The notes beneath the pieces were generated by a model. It was not told the DNA's origin. It was given only the letters and a program-made list of their open reading frames with translations, and searched no databases. 58,988 bases of DNA. It comes from Azolla caroliniana (taxonomy: Eukaryota > Plantae > Polypodiophyta). The position numbers and the translations under genes are program-made. Below are positions 12,706 through 24,633 of the stretch, in pieces. The DNA lies in contig JBHGNT010000181.1 in assembly GCA_043228905.1 (NCBI GenBank), positions 1-58,988 of the forward strand, given 5' to 3'. Every line of letters starts with the position of its first letter. The first letter of the stretch is position 1.

Positions 12706-15700
12706 TGTTGGAAGCAATGTCGTCAGTGCGGAAGATCTTGAAGCACTCGATTCCTGTTTATTCCCTGTGTATGACAGAATGTAGGTCGTTGCACAGAGAG
12801 AGAGAGAGAGAGACACAAAAGACTCTTTATTTCACAAAGCAATAATACAACAACCAACCTCACAAAGAGGTTACAAGGTCACTATATATAGTGACCGACT
12901 TAGGGCAACTACCCTTGATGCTAATTACATAAATGGCCAAAACGGGATGGTGTGAATACGTCCATTATACACATGTATTCGACACTCCCCCGTAATGGGC
13001 GTATACATGGGTTATCTAAGATTACAGGTATAGACTTAGGTTCTCGGACATATCAGCTTTGTTCGAGTCGGCAGGATCCGAAGACAGAAGACCGAACTGG
13101 TCGGGTCGGAACAGTTGAAGCCGATCATTAAGGAGCTGATGTCGGTTGTCGGGAACCATCCTGCTCTGTGTCCGGCTCTAACCGGACTGGTTTGTCGTTA
13201 CGCCCATCTGATGCCGAAGAGACCGAAAACGGTCTGCCGAGAGGCATTTGGTCATTCCATCTGCGACATTATCGGTTGTGGATATTTTCTCTAGACCGAT
13301 TTTCCCTGAAATGACGCAGTCCCGAACGAAGTGATATCGAACGTCGATATGTTTGGAGGCGTTGTGGTGAACCGGATTTTTCGACAAGGCAACAGCACCT
13401 TGACTGTCGCTGTAGACAACTGGAGCCGAGTCATGTTCGACTTGTCGAAACGTGTGCGCCAGCCAACCGAGCCACAAAGCTTCTTTTGCTGCGTCGGACG
13501 CAGCTACATATTCTGCTTCGGTCGTTGAGGTCGCTGTGCACTCCTGAAGTTTCGACTTCCACGAGATTGCTCCATTGCCGAATTTGAAGCAGTATCCGGT
13601 TGTTGATTTCCGACTATCTATACAGCCGGCGAAGTCCGAGTCGGTGTAACCGACTACGCCTGAGGTTCGGTTCGGTCCGAAAAGAATGCCATGGTCTTTT
13701 GTGCCAGCCAGATATCTGAACACATGCTTGACTGCGTTCCAATGCGATCGGCCAGGATTGTGCATAAATCTGCTAACGACTCCTACGGCATGAGAGATGT
13801 CAGGCCGTGTCGCGACCATCAGGTACATAAGGGAGCCGACTGCCGGTGCATACGGTACCGACTTCATATCTTCCCCCTCCGAACCGGATGTCGGGCAGTC
13901 TCGCTGAGAGAGCCGAAGATTCATAGGGAGTGGGGTTGAAGCAGATTTGGCTGATTGCATGTTGAAGCGTTGCAAGACACGTCCGATATAGTCGGTCTGA
14001 GACAAAAAAAGATGTCGTTTATCGCGATGCCGACTAATCTTCATGCCAAGGATGTGTCGTGCCGGACCGAGGTCCTTCATGGCAAACTTCAACCGCAGTT
14101 GCCGAACGAGATCGGCAAGTTCGCCCGCGTGGCGTCCAGAAATTAGCATGTCGTCCACGTAAATGATGAGGAAGATGGGTGATCCATCTCGAGCTGTGTT
14201 GGTGAAGAGACAATGGTCCTCATCGCTTTTGGAGAAGCCGATTGATTGGATGAAGTCGTCGAACTTCTTGTACCATTGTCGCGGTGCCTGTTTGAGGCCG
14301 TATAGACTCTTCCTGAGTCGGCAGACTAGATGTTCTTGGCCAGTTGCCACGAAGCCTTTTGGCTGCTCCATATAAATTTCCTCCTCGAGATCACCATGGA
14401 GGAAGGCTGTTTTGACATCTAGCTGAATCAGCTCCAAGTTGTCGGCTGCCACGACGCCGAGCAGAAGACGAAGGGTTGTCATTTTCACCACTGGTGAAAA
14501 AATCTCGTCGAAGTCGACGCCATATTCTTGTCGGAAGCCCTTCGCAACTAATCTGGCCTTGTACTTTGGGGTGGTCGAATCAGACGTCTCTTTTAGTCGA
14601 TAAACCCACTTGCAAGGAAGAGCACGTCGGTTCCTAGGTAATTCGACCAGATCCCAAGTCTTGTTTGCCCGGATGGAGTGCATTTCCGACTCCATCGCCA
14701 GATGCCAGGTGGCCGAATCGACAGATGTCGATGCTTCTTCGTAAGACGTCGGTTCGCCGGCGTCGGTGAAGAAAATTCCAGGAGAATACCTCTCCGGAGG
14801 TTGCGACAGTCTCTCGGATCGTCGAGGTATGATTGGACTGGTCGCATCGGGTATCGAGGTCGGATGGTCCGAAACCGAATCATTCGGCTGTGCCGAGTCA
14901 GAGTTGTCCGAGTCGGTAGTATAAGGTTCAGCTACCCGTGAAGCTGACCGTGTGTTGAGAGCGGGACCTTCTTGAAGGGTCGGCACATCGGAGAATGTTA
15001 CCCTTCGGACTTCGATCGGTTTTTCGACTGATGGATTCATAGCCGACTCGTTGAACACAACGTCCGAACTTCGAACGATTTGTCTGCGTTCGGGGTCCCA
15101 GAGTCGGTATCCCATTTCGCCGTCTGATCCATATCCAAGGAAAATGCATTTCCTGGACCGAGGTGCAAGTTTTCGGCGATCATCTTTCGGAATGAGGGCG
15201 TACGCCTCGCATCCGAAGATCCTCAGCTTGTCGTAATTCGGCTTACTGCCGATCCATAGTTCCTGAGGAATTTGAAGTCCTAGAGGTCTACTTGGCGACA
15301 TATTGATTATGTGTACTGCCGTGAGTAGAGCCTCTGCCCAGAAGCCATCCGATAGTCCGGAGTGTTGGAGCATGGAAACTATCCTTTCTTGGATTGTCCG
15401 ATTCATTCGTTCGGCAATCCCGTTTTGCTCCGGACTGTGTGGTGCCGTAAATTCACGTCGGATGCCGCGTTGTCGGCAGAATTTGACGAATTCATCGGAT
15501 TTGAACTCTCCCCCATTGTCTGTCCGAAGGCATTTCAGCTTTCGGTCGGTTTGATTTTCTACCATAGCGAGCCAATCGGTGAAGATCGAGAAGACACGAT
15601 CTTTGGTGCGAATTGGATAAGCCCACACCTTTCGAGTCGAATCGTCAATAAAACTGACGAAGTAAGAGGCACCGCCTAGAGACTGATGCGGCATTGGGCC

Positions 15701-18063
15701 ACAGACGTCCGAATGGACTAAATCGAGAGGTCTCGTTTCTCTTGGTGCTGATGTCGGGTGTGATGCGGCTACTTGTTTGCCATACTGGCAATGCTCGCAG
15801 AATTGATGGTCCGAGAAGGAGAGTTTGGGGATGTATCCGGCGCTAGATAGGTGCGTGATGCCGGCCTTGCTGAGGTGTCCTAATCTTCGGTGCCATAGTG
15901 ATGACACAGGAATATCCACCAAAAACAGGTTACCCTCTCTGAGTGTAACATGTAACGGATACAGGGAGTGTATCTTGGGTCCTCTAGCAAGCAGGAGGTT
16001 CCCCCTGTGGAGTGTCCACCCTCCCGAAGAAAAACCGGCACGAATGCCGTCTTCATCTAGTTGTCCGACTGAGATCAATGGCCTTGTGAGCTCGGGTACA
16101 TGTCGGACATTGTGGAGTACAAGTGTAGAGCCCCCTGCAAGGTTGAGCTCTATTGTGCCGATTCCGACGATGTCACAGTGTTGTGAGTTGCCGACTCGAA
16201 CTGAGTCGGAGTGACGGATCGTATATTGCCGAAATTGGGATCGATGAGGAGTCACGTGAAATGACGCGCCCGAATCCAAGAGCCATGTGCTCGATTCTTC
16301 AGTCGTGAGTAGAACTTCTGATCCGACTGGATTTTCTATTGATAGTATATTCGGGTCGTCCGGTAGTACATCAGCTGAGAAGCTGACGTAATTGATCTCC
16401 TCATGCCGGCCACTCTTCTTGTTGTTCTTGTTCTTGAGTGCGCGGCAGTCGGCTTTGATGTGTCCGGGTTTCTTGCAATAGTTGCAGATTCGGTTATCCC
16501 GCGACTGGCTCCGTCTTCGCTGATTGTTCGGCGGCCGTGAGGAATCTCGTCCTCGTATGTTCGATCGATCTGTCGAACCTTGTACTACGTAGGCGTCGTC
16601 TGTTGAGTCTTTGGCGAAAGACTTTCTCCGAGCTGCTTCGGTCAGGATTGCGCTCGTGACTTCGGAGTATTTAACAGCCGTGGTTGACGCGTTGCACACG
16701 GTTGTGACGAAAGTTTCCCATGATGGGGGAAGGCTGCTCATGAGTATCATTGCTCTGAGTTCATCCTCGATTGCCGTCCCCTGTGACGAGATTTGGGAGC
16801 TTATGCTTTCGTACTCATTGAGGTGTGCTTGGACCGAGTCGGATTCTTTCATCCGCAAGTTGTAGAGGCGCCGGATCAGAAACATCTTCGTTGCGGCGAC
16901 CTTCTTTTCGTAAGTGTCCGACAGTGTTTTCCACAGTTCGAATGCTGTCGTACACGATTGCACCGTGAAGTATACCGATTCCGATAGGTGCATCCGAATC
17001 GTGGCGCGGACGATTCTGTCCAGCTTCTGCCACTCAATTGGTTTGTATCCTTCTGGAGGTTCTTCATTTTCGATGGGATCGATTTGCCCCTTGACTATGA
17101 GATAGTCCTGCATTTGCTCCTTCCAGAAGTTAAAGTTCGATCCATCGAACTTTCGTAGACTCATTTCTGACGAGCCGGATGTTGATGCCATCAAATTTGG
17201 TTTCGGTTGACGAAGCTCGGTTCGGAGTTGACTACGAATCTTGTTGGAGTGCAGCCTGTTGGCTCACCCGATATCGTTCTAGTCGGATTTGAACCCGAGT
17301 CGGTTCGGCTTCGGATATATGTATTGTTGAACTTGCTCGAATTGACTACGGTAACCTGAGGGACAGAACCGACTGGTCTTCCCGAATGTCGCCGAGTCGG
17401 AGTGAGCCCGGTTCGCTTCGGATATATATGCCGAATACCGATTATTGAAACCGATTATTTGGACCGATTCGGCTTCGGGTGACTGCAGCGATGAGAGAGA
17501 CGGATCCGACTGATCCTCCCGAACGTCGATCAGCCAGATGAAGCACGAATTTGGGTTGTTGTCAAAGTTGCACAAGGGGATTTCACCTCGAGCGGTTACG
17601 ATCACAAGGGACAGAGTACAACCTGCTGGCTTACTCCAAGCAAGGGGATCTAACGCGATGAGGTGCAAACCTCGTTTTTGTTCTTCTTCTCTCTTTCTTC
17701 GAATGACGCAGGAAACCGAATGCAGAGACGACGGCCGACAGCGGATTGAAGGACCGACTACTGTGCAGGCTCTGATACCAGATGTTGGAAGCAATGTCGT
17801 CAGTGCGGAAGATCTTGAAGCACTCGATTCCTGTTTATTCCCTGTGTATGACAGAATGTAGGTCGTTGCACAGAGAGAGAGAGAGAGAGAGACACAAAAG
17901 ACTCTTTATTTCACAAAGCAATAATACAACAACCAACCTCACAAAGAGGTTACAAGGTCACTATATATAGTGACCGACTTAGGGCAACTACCCTTGATGC
18001 TAATTACATAAATGGCCAAAACGGGATGGTGTGAATACGTCCATTATACACATGTATTCGACA
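12706..18063 (-). mobile_element. Intact Ty1/Copia LTR retrotransposon (Tnt1/Tork-like)
   Basis: LTRs 12706-12984 and 17783-18063 differ by one AG unit only. TSD CTCCG (12701-05 and 18064-68). PBS TGGTATCAGAGC on minus (17769-17780, tRNA-iMet). PPT GGGGGAG at 12985-12991. Confidence 0.97.
13178..17194 (-). CDS. Copia Gag-Pol polyprotein (Gag with CCHC, PR, IN, RT, RH), 1338 aa
   Basis: CNYCKKPGHIKADC, LLDSGAS, WHRRLGH..CEHC, LRTDNGGEF, YVDD, TDSDFAG, KHIDVRYHF. ORF is uninterrupted. Confidence 0.97.
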   Translation of the reverse strand: MMASTSGSSEMSLRKFDGSNFNFWKEQMQDYLIVKGQIDPIENEEPPEGYKPIEWQKLDRIVRATIRMHLSESVYFTVQSCTTAFELWKTLSDTYEKKVAATKMFLIRRLYNLRMKESDSVQAHLNEYESISSQISSQGTAIEDELRAMILMSSLPPSWETFVTTVCNASTTAVKYSEVTSAILTEAARRKSFAKDSTDDAYVVQGSTDRSNIRGRDSSRPPNNQRRRSQSRDNRICNYCKKPGHIKADCRALKNKNNKKSGRHEEINYVSFSADVLPDDPNILSIENPVGSEVLLTTEESSTWLLDSGASFHVTPHRSQFRQYTIRHSDSVRVGNSQHCDIVGIGTIELNLAGGSTLVLHNVRHVPELTRPLISVGQLDEDGIRAGFSSGGWTLHRGNLLLARGPKIHSLYPLHVTLREGNLFLVDIPVSSLWHRRLGHLSKAGITHLSSAGYIPKLSFSDHQFCEHCQYGKQVAASHPTSAPRETRPLDLVHSDVCGPMPHQSLGGASYFVSFIDDSTRKVWAYPIRTKDRVFSIFTDWLAMVENQTDRKLKCLRTDNGGEFKSDEFVKFCRQRGIRREFTAPHSPEQNGIAERMNRTIQERIVSMLQHSGLSDGFWAEALLTAVHIINMSPSRPLGLQIPQELWIGSKPNYDKLRIFGCEAYALIPKDDRRKLAPRSRKCIFLGYGSDGEMGYRLWDPERRQIVRSSDVVFNESAMNPSVEKPIEVRRVTFSDVPTLQEGPALNTRSASRVAEPYTTDSDNSDSAQPNDSVSDHPTSIPDATSPIIPRRSERLSQPPERYSPGIFFTDAGEPTSYEEASTSVDSATWHLAMESEMHSIRANKTWDLVELPRNRRALPCKWVYRLKETSDSTTPKYKARLVAKGFRQEYGVDFDEIFSPVVKMTTLRLLLGVVAADNLELIQLDVKTAFLHGDLEEEIYMEQPKGFVATGQEHLVCRLRKSLYGLKQAPRQWYKKFDDFIQSIGFSKSDEDHCLFTNTARDGSPIFLIIYVDDMLISGRHAGELADLVRQLRLKFAMKDLGPARHILGMKISRHRDKRHLFLSQTDYIGRVLQRFNMQSAKSASTPLPMNLRLSQRDCPTSGSEGEDMKSVPYAPAVGSLMYLMVATRPDISHAVGVVSRFMHNPGRSHWNAVKHVFRYLAGTKDHGILFGPNRTSGVVGYTDSDFAGCIDSRKSTTGYCFKFGNGAISWKSKLQECTATSTTEAEYVAASDAAKEALWLGWLAHTFRQVEHDSAPVVYSDSQGAVALSKNPVHHNASKHIDVRYHFVRDCVISGKIGLEKISTTDNVADGMTKCLSADRFRSLRHQMGVTTNQSG

Positions 18064-20641
18064 CTCCGTCCGGTCCTTGCCCCGACGATAGCTCCTCATC
18101 GCTGAGATTGACTATCGCCACATTCTTCGCTGCTTCTTGCCGTAGCCTCTCCCTTTCATAGCTCTCAAACTAGATTTGATTATCCAGCCGATCTTCATCT
18201 AGCTGTGCTACGAGTTGCTGGACCACTGCTAATTGCTCATCCACCAAAGATACGAAGTCATCCGCCAATTCATCTTTCAGGACAGTGAAGTCCTCGGTCA
18301 GCATGTAGCAATCGTCGCCGTCCTTTATCCGGTTTTCTGCATCCGCCCTCACCAACTGGAGCTCGGCTGTATTTTTCCCACCATTGCACGAAGTTGTCTT
18401 CAATCAAGCGTTTTATTCTATTTCTCCATGCCTGGATGATGAAACGGATCCGCTCTAGCCCCATCTTTGACTTGTCTTCTGCGGCCTGCCGCTCGTCCTT
18501 TAATTGCTTGATCAGCTTTGCCGTGACTACCTCCTACTCCCTGTAGTGCGACAATTGATTCTGGTATGTGGTTTGCACCCTTTGCAATGTCATTGTCGCT
18601 CTCTCAGTTTCCGCATAATGTTATGCATGGAGCTCCATTTGTTCACGTGCCGCTTCATCTAGTAGCTTTGTCCTTCCAGCCCGTTCGCCTGCTAACGTCA
18701 TCTTGGCCTGCTGAACTTCTTGTCGAAGCTCCGCCATCTTCTCCTGCTGCTTCTTGTGTTCCGTATCTAGATGCTTATAGTCACGGTGCAAGTGATCAAA
18801 ATCATCTTTCTTTTGCTTCAGCTTCTGGTTGATTTGGTGGCGAACGCGGGCTTCCCAGTTTTTTTGCTGCCGAAGTTCCTCCTTGAGCCTTTCAATCTCC
18901 ATTTCTGCCATTCTTCACAGATTGTCCTTCTCTTGCAACACTTTTTCTTTCTCTCCTTAAGGCGGTCATAAGCTTGGTGTCCTTTTCGCAGATTCTCTTC
19001 TGCCCGACAGAGGTTATCAACAGTCTTCTGTTCTTCTTCTGCCGCTTTCTCCAAGTCACGTTCTCGGGTTCTTAAGGCTTCTTGTGCGGCCAGTTCATCT
19101 TTTAGTTCGGCAAGCTCTCGTGCTTGCGCCGCAACTACATCCGAGACTGGTTCTGTCACTGGGGTCTTATTACTATGTACAGTTGTCGGTGTGTCATTAT
19201 TCTGTACATTTACCGGAGCCACCGGTTCTTGTTGTTGTGGTCCTGTTAAGGCCATCTTGGCCAACTCTTCTGTGGCGATTTCCAACTCTCGTTCTAAGCT
19301 CCGGATTCTTGACCGGGCCGTCTCTAGTTCTCTAGTTGTGGCTAGCAACTGATCCATTTGTGCTTTTTCTTCTGCCTCCATATAGTACACCACTCCGGCT
19401 ATTTGTTCCCCAATCCACCGTCGCCATTGACTATTGGTGCCCTGTTGTTGCACACGCGCGGAGGGTTGGCTGCTGTCACCGCTAGCTAGTGGTTGGTCTT
19501 GTCTGGTTGCCTCGATTTGCAACTTTGGCTCCGGTTGGTCAGTGTGCGGCAGTTGTGGCTCTGGGTGTGCCTCCGTTGGCTTTTTCGGCTTTGGTTGTGC
19601 TTGATGTACTGGTGATGTGGGCAACTAATTCACTAGCTCCTGAATCAAGAGTCTTTCCATGACTTGACCCGCCGGTATGGCCTGCTGCGCAGGGAGTTCT
19701 GTGCCCGGTTCTGATTCCACCCTTGGCGCTGGGTTCTCAGTGTGGGGTAACGACGTCCCATCCTTCTTTGGGTCCGAACACTCCCCGGCCTTGTTTGCGG
19801 TGCTCTTCGTCTGGCGCCGCTAGAGGTGCTCCATCGGGTCCCCCTCCACTTCCTACTCCTGAGTCCCAAGATTGATCTTCATCCCCAAGGGGTCCGGCTC
19901 TTGTTGAACTGGTCGGCGCAATGTAATCTTGATTGGCCATGCTGGTGTCTCCTCCTGCATTTCCGCCTGCTGTTTTTTATTAGCGCGCTCTTTTGTTGCC
20001 TTGTCCTTGTCGGTCGCCTTTCCTTTGGTTGCCTTGGAGGCCAATAGTTGCTGCCGTTTTGAAGCCATTTTCGGGGTGCCTTCGGTCGATCTCCCCCACT
20101 TCGTGGTCTTGATGGGCTCAACAGGTGGCGCCAATAGTGTGAGCCATTGTGCCACCGCGGTCCATATTTTCCTGCCTTCCTTGCCTGTAACGGAGTCAAT
20201 GGCCGCACATAGACCATCAACAAACAACATCGGCCAGTCCACCTTCACCCCTTCATATGTTGCAATAATTAAGCCGGCTCGGTTCTGAGGCATTGACGGG
20301 GGTCGAGGGTATACATGGCTGAATTTGTGGAGCACACATGCAATCTCTTGAAATAAGGCATCCTCGCCGCCTTGTGTCTGGTATGCCTTGTTGGCCAGAG
20401 AGTATTCACCAAAGTAATTTTTGAGCTGCTCCGGGGTAGGGTTGTCGATGGTGAAGATGCCCCCCTCTGGTAGGCCTGTCAAGGTATGGATTGCCTCCTC
20501 CGTGATCAGCTCTGTGTCGATTTCCTTGACAATCTTCTCCGTCTCTTGGTGCGGTGGCACCTCCATAATCATGAGGAACCCTTCCAATCCATGTTGCCTC
20601 AACCACTTCTTGGCTGCTTCAGGAAGTGCTTGGCAGTCCAT
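18064..20641 (-). pseudogene. A1 accessory ORF (plant-mobile-domain-like N-terminus, charged linker, long coiled coil); continues at 12432-12700
   Basis: ORFs 19853-20641, 18818-19624, 18621-18911 and 18170-18403 are frameshifted pieces. ITEEAIHTLTGLP and VDWP motifs. Confidence 0.75.
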
Positions 20642-21155
20642 ATCTTCCTCAAGGTCAGTGAGTGCTGGTGAGGGCTATGTGTTAGTGGGCTCTGCGTGAG
20701 TGGGCTCGCGTCTGATGATCTTCAATCGTCTGTGTGCGTTTGCAATTTTCTGTTCACAAAATGAGAAGGCCTCCATGCGATGGGGGTTTTCTTTCTACAT
20801 GTTGGCGCCTTTTTCGATACCCGCGCGTGTGCATGTCGTGTACTAGAATAGCAATGAAGTGCCATGTACTATTAATTGTCCACTACGCACCTTTCCAAAG
20901 TGCCCGTTCACTCCTCCCACGTTATTGCATGTGTCTGTTCGCTCCTCACCATTGCATGATTTACTTTGATTTGATTTGATTGGATTTGATTGATTTTTTT
21001 TTTTCTTTTAACTGGCTGTTTTGTTAATCTGCATCTGGCCCAACCGGACCCCTATCCAGATTTTGGGCCCCTTCACTGATTTTGGACTTGCCGGATGCTT
21101 GCCTGGTTGCCGCCTCGTCTTGCTTGCCGACTGCTAAAGCGGTTACCGTCTTCTC

Positions 21156-23963
21156 CTACTTACCGGTGTCCGGTTCAGTGTCAGCCTTTGTTTGTTCAAA
21201 TGGGTTTCTTGGCATGGGTCCATGGTATGGTTTGAGTCGGAACCCATTGACCCATTTTCCTAGAACTTCACCGGCGAGTGTCCCTAACTGGTAGGAACCG
21301 TTGAATTCTCGTGTAATCCAGTATGGTCCGGTCCACCGAAACCATAGGTTCCCCATCATCTTACCCATCCAGGTCTGGAATACCAGTACCGGCTTGCCGA
21401 TTTCGAACATCTTTTCGTTCCCTTTCTGATGTCGATCAACGAACACTTTCCTTCGCCGCTGTTCAGGTTCCAGGTGCATGATGCTGGCTAGCCGGTGTTC
21501 TTCCAATTCGCATAGTGTTGCTAACCAGATTGTCTCCTATTCCTTCTCGTTTAGGCGTTCTCGAACCTATATGCGTAAACTAGGTACCTGGAATTTGACC
21601 GACATTACTGCTTCCAATCCGAATGCTAATCGGAATGGTGTTATCCGGATACTTGTCTTATATGTTGTTCGGTAGGCCCAGAGTGCACTGTGCAGCTTTG
21701 TATCCCAATCTGTCCGGTTCTCATTGACGATTTTCCGCCGGATGGTTTGTAACGTCTTGTTTGTAGATTCGGCTAATCCGTTAGCTTGCGGATAATACAG
21801 AGTGCTTCGTTTGTGCACCACCGCATAGAATGTCGTCAAGCTCTCCACCACTTGTCCTAGGAGTGCCCACCTTGGTAGCTAATTAGCTCGATCGGACATC
21901 CATACCTGCACCAGATATATTCATATAAAAACTTTGTCGTGGATGCCGCGGTGTTGTCGCGTAATGCTTTGGCCTCCACCCATTTGGTGCACTAATCCGT
22001 AGCGACGATCACATACCAGTTGCCGGTTCTCATTGTTGGTGGTTTGAAGGGGCGACAAAGTCCAACCCCCATTTTTGGAATGGTTCTAATGGTAGCACCG
22101 GCTGGTGCGGCATCCTTGCCTGTTTCATTGGTTGGCCCATTTGCTGACATAAATCACATTCTTTGGCATACCGAACCGCATCTTTTAATGTTGTCGGCCA
22201 CGATAGGCCATTTTGCCATATTTTTCTTGCCATAGCGTCCCCGGCATAATGTCCTCCAGCAATGTTGCAGTGTGCTTCACGCATTATTATGTCCTTTTCG
22301 TCACTGCGCATCGCACGTCGCCATATACCATCTGCGCCTTTATGGTACAATCTGTCCCGTAGTAGGCAGAAGTGCCGGCTTTGTATTGCTAATCGTTTCC
22401 TCTCGTCTCTGTTCATTTCCTCTGGAGTTAATCCGGTGTTAGGAATTGGTGCATGTTAGTGAGCCACTTGTCTTCCTCGGCGATCGTTCCATCCGTTGCA
22501 GTTTCTACTGTGACTCTAAACAACTCTGCATCCGGAAACTCGTCTAGGACTCCGTCACTAGTTTCGTCGGAGTCTAACTAGCTCAAGTAGTCTGGCACCG
22601 CATGTTGTATGCCGGGCCGATGAAATATCTTGAACTCAAATTCTTGTAATAATAACTTCCACCGGGCCAGCTTACTGGTGAGTGATGCTTTGGAGACTAA
22701 GTAAAGGAGCGCCGAATGGTCCACATGGAAGGAAAATTTCCTTTCCAACAGATAGTGTCTGAACTTGGTGACGATGTAGATCATGCCCAAAGCTTCTCTT
22801 TCCGTTGTGGAGTAATTATGTTCCGCCTGGGACAGCTTCCGGCTGGCATAATACACCAGCCGATACCACTTTGGTTCGGTAAGTTGCATTAGTGCGCTCC
22901 CAATTGCTATGTCGGATGTGTCTACGAATACATGGAATTATTTGGACCAATCCGGAGGTTGCACAACTAGTGCTTGTGATAGTAGTACTTTGAGTGCCCG
23001 GTAAGCCCTCTCTTTGGTTTTCGTCCATCAAAACGGTGTCCGGTGCACCGCCGCATGCAATGGTGTAGGTAGATCTTCCAGATACCGGAGCATCTGGCTA
23101 TGCCATCGAATTTGTCCTAAAAACTGGCTCAATGTTTTCGCCGTGGTTGGTGCCGGTGCCTCCAAAATGGCTTTGACCTTGTCTAGATCTACTGCTATAT
23201 CGCCCTTGCTAACGATGAGGCCAAGTAACGTTCCTCTTGACATTCTAAACACGTATTTCGCCGCGTTAAGGCTTAACCGATATACCCTACATTTCTCAAG
23301 ACATAATCGGAGGTGTTGAAGGTGATCCCCTTCTCGACTATAAAGAACGAAATCATCCAGGAACACTTGCATGAATGTTGGAATGAATTCTCCGAAAATC
23401 TCCATGATTATCCGTTGAAAAGTTGCCGACGCCGTTTTAAGTCCAAACATCATGACCACGACGACAAATACTCCCCATTCGGTAACAAAAGCGGTTTTCT
23501 CCTGATCGTCGGGGTGCATCCGGATCTGATTGTAGCCGCTGAACCCATCCAGGAAACTATAAACTTCGTGACCGGCGACCGCATCCAAGACTCCATCTGT
23601 GAATGGGAGTGGAAAGGTGTCTGTTACCGTTGCCGCATTCAGCTTCCGTTAGTCGACGCAAACTCTGATCTTACCGTTCTTTTTCGGGACTACGACTATC
23701 AGACTTAGCCACATGGCTTTCTTTACCGGTCGGATGAAGCCAACCCTTAGCAACTTGTCAATTTCTTCTTTTACTTTTGTTGCGTAATTCGGGTTCATCC
23801 AGTAACGCTGTTGTGCTACCAGTTTGGCGTCCTTACTCAGATGTATTTGGTGTTGATACAGCTGAGGATCTAGTCCCCGCATGTCCTCATAAGACCAAGC
23901 GAACATGTCGCGGAATTCTTTTAAGAGTGTGATCATTGTCGTCTTGTTTTCCGGGGTCATTTC
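21156..23963 (-). pseudogene. A1 pol (RT-RH-IN) fragments
   Basis: Several frameshifted ORFs, highly similar to A3 pol. Confidence 0.9.
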
Positions 23964-24081
23964 TGTTATGGGCATGACCATTTAATATCCTGTGGTGAGA
24001 ATTTACCGTAGTATTATCCACATGTATAGAATACTACGGTAAATTCTCACCACGGGATATTAAATGGTCATGCCCATAACA
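23964..24081. mobile_element. 118-bp fold-back insertion made of two inverted copies of the family-F LTR terminus
   Basis: 52-bp arms (51/52 complementary) around a 14-nt loop. TG...CA ends. TSD ATTTC (23959-63 and 24082-86). Arms match 32515-32567 and, more loosely, ~1240-1292. Confidence 0.92.
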
Positions 24082-24186
24082 ATTTCCTTGGCGATGTGAA
24101 CGGGTCTTGTGTCTTCTACGGTGCGTTGTCGTGAAGAATGTGCTTCACGATATAAAAATGAGCTTAAATGTTGTATTTAATAATAT

Positions 24187-24384
24187 CTGAGAGACTTGAG
24201 CCCACATCCTTATATATGATGTACAATGTACATACCACTAGGCTAGGCTATTTATTTGTAAAAGTGTGTAATAAATGTGCTTCATGATATAAGAATGAAG
24301 CTATATATTGTATTAAGTAAAATTGAGGGACTTGAACCCTCAACCTTGTATACCAAGCACCAAGCATACACCACTAAGCTAGGT
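24187..24384 (-). promoter_or_regulatory. Two tandem tRNA-like A-box/B-box cassettes in the LTR U3 (repeated at ~30660-30857)
   Basis: Minus strand reads TAGCCTAGTGG...GGCTCAAGTC (GGTTCAAGTC in the 3' LTR) and TAGCTTAGTGG...GGTTCAAGTCC, each within a ~136-bp duplicated unit. Confidence 0.6.
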
Positions 24385-24633
24385 TAGTTATTTTAGAATG
24401 CATTTTCATCATTATACTTATCCCATATCTATTTTCATACATAGCCATCATTCATCACATGCAATGCATGTGCGCCAAATGGCGATCATGCATTACATGT
24501 AACTCATGCATTGCATGCATGCCATGCTCCCATACATTACCATATGCATGGCAACACTTATATAAAGAGGGGAAAGGGAAAACAAGGGAAGGAATCAAGA
24601 GAGAGTGAAAAAATAATACAATCAATTGAAGAA

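Larger units (their letters stand above)
11924..24125 (-). mobile_element. Family-A Ty3/Gypsy copy A1 (3' LTR 11924-12378, accessory ORF, degenerate IN/RH/RT), 5' part missing
   Basis: LTR is homologous to those of A2 and A3. Pol fragments at 21156-23981 include YSFLDGFSGYNQI, FLDD and YYPQANGLAES. Contains the Copia and the 118-bp fold-back insertions. Confidence 0.9.

Noticed and set aside
12373-12816. ORFs ending STYKVLSHGRAMC in A1, A2 and A3, suggesting a conserved peptide over the second PBS
   Set aside because: This is an alternative frame. The homologous accessory frame (DILDE) stops earlier, and sequence upstream in this frame is not conserved. The peptide identity follows from nucleotide conservation.
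13331-17105. Many plus-strand ORFs over the Copia polyprotein
   Set aside because: Antisense shadows of a GC-balanced coding region with no recognisable motifs.
17279-17794. 171-aa minus-strand ORF upstream of Copia gag
   Set aside because: Starts inside the LTR and runs across the PBS and 5' UTR, with no domain features.
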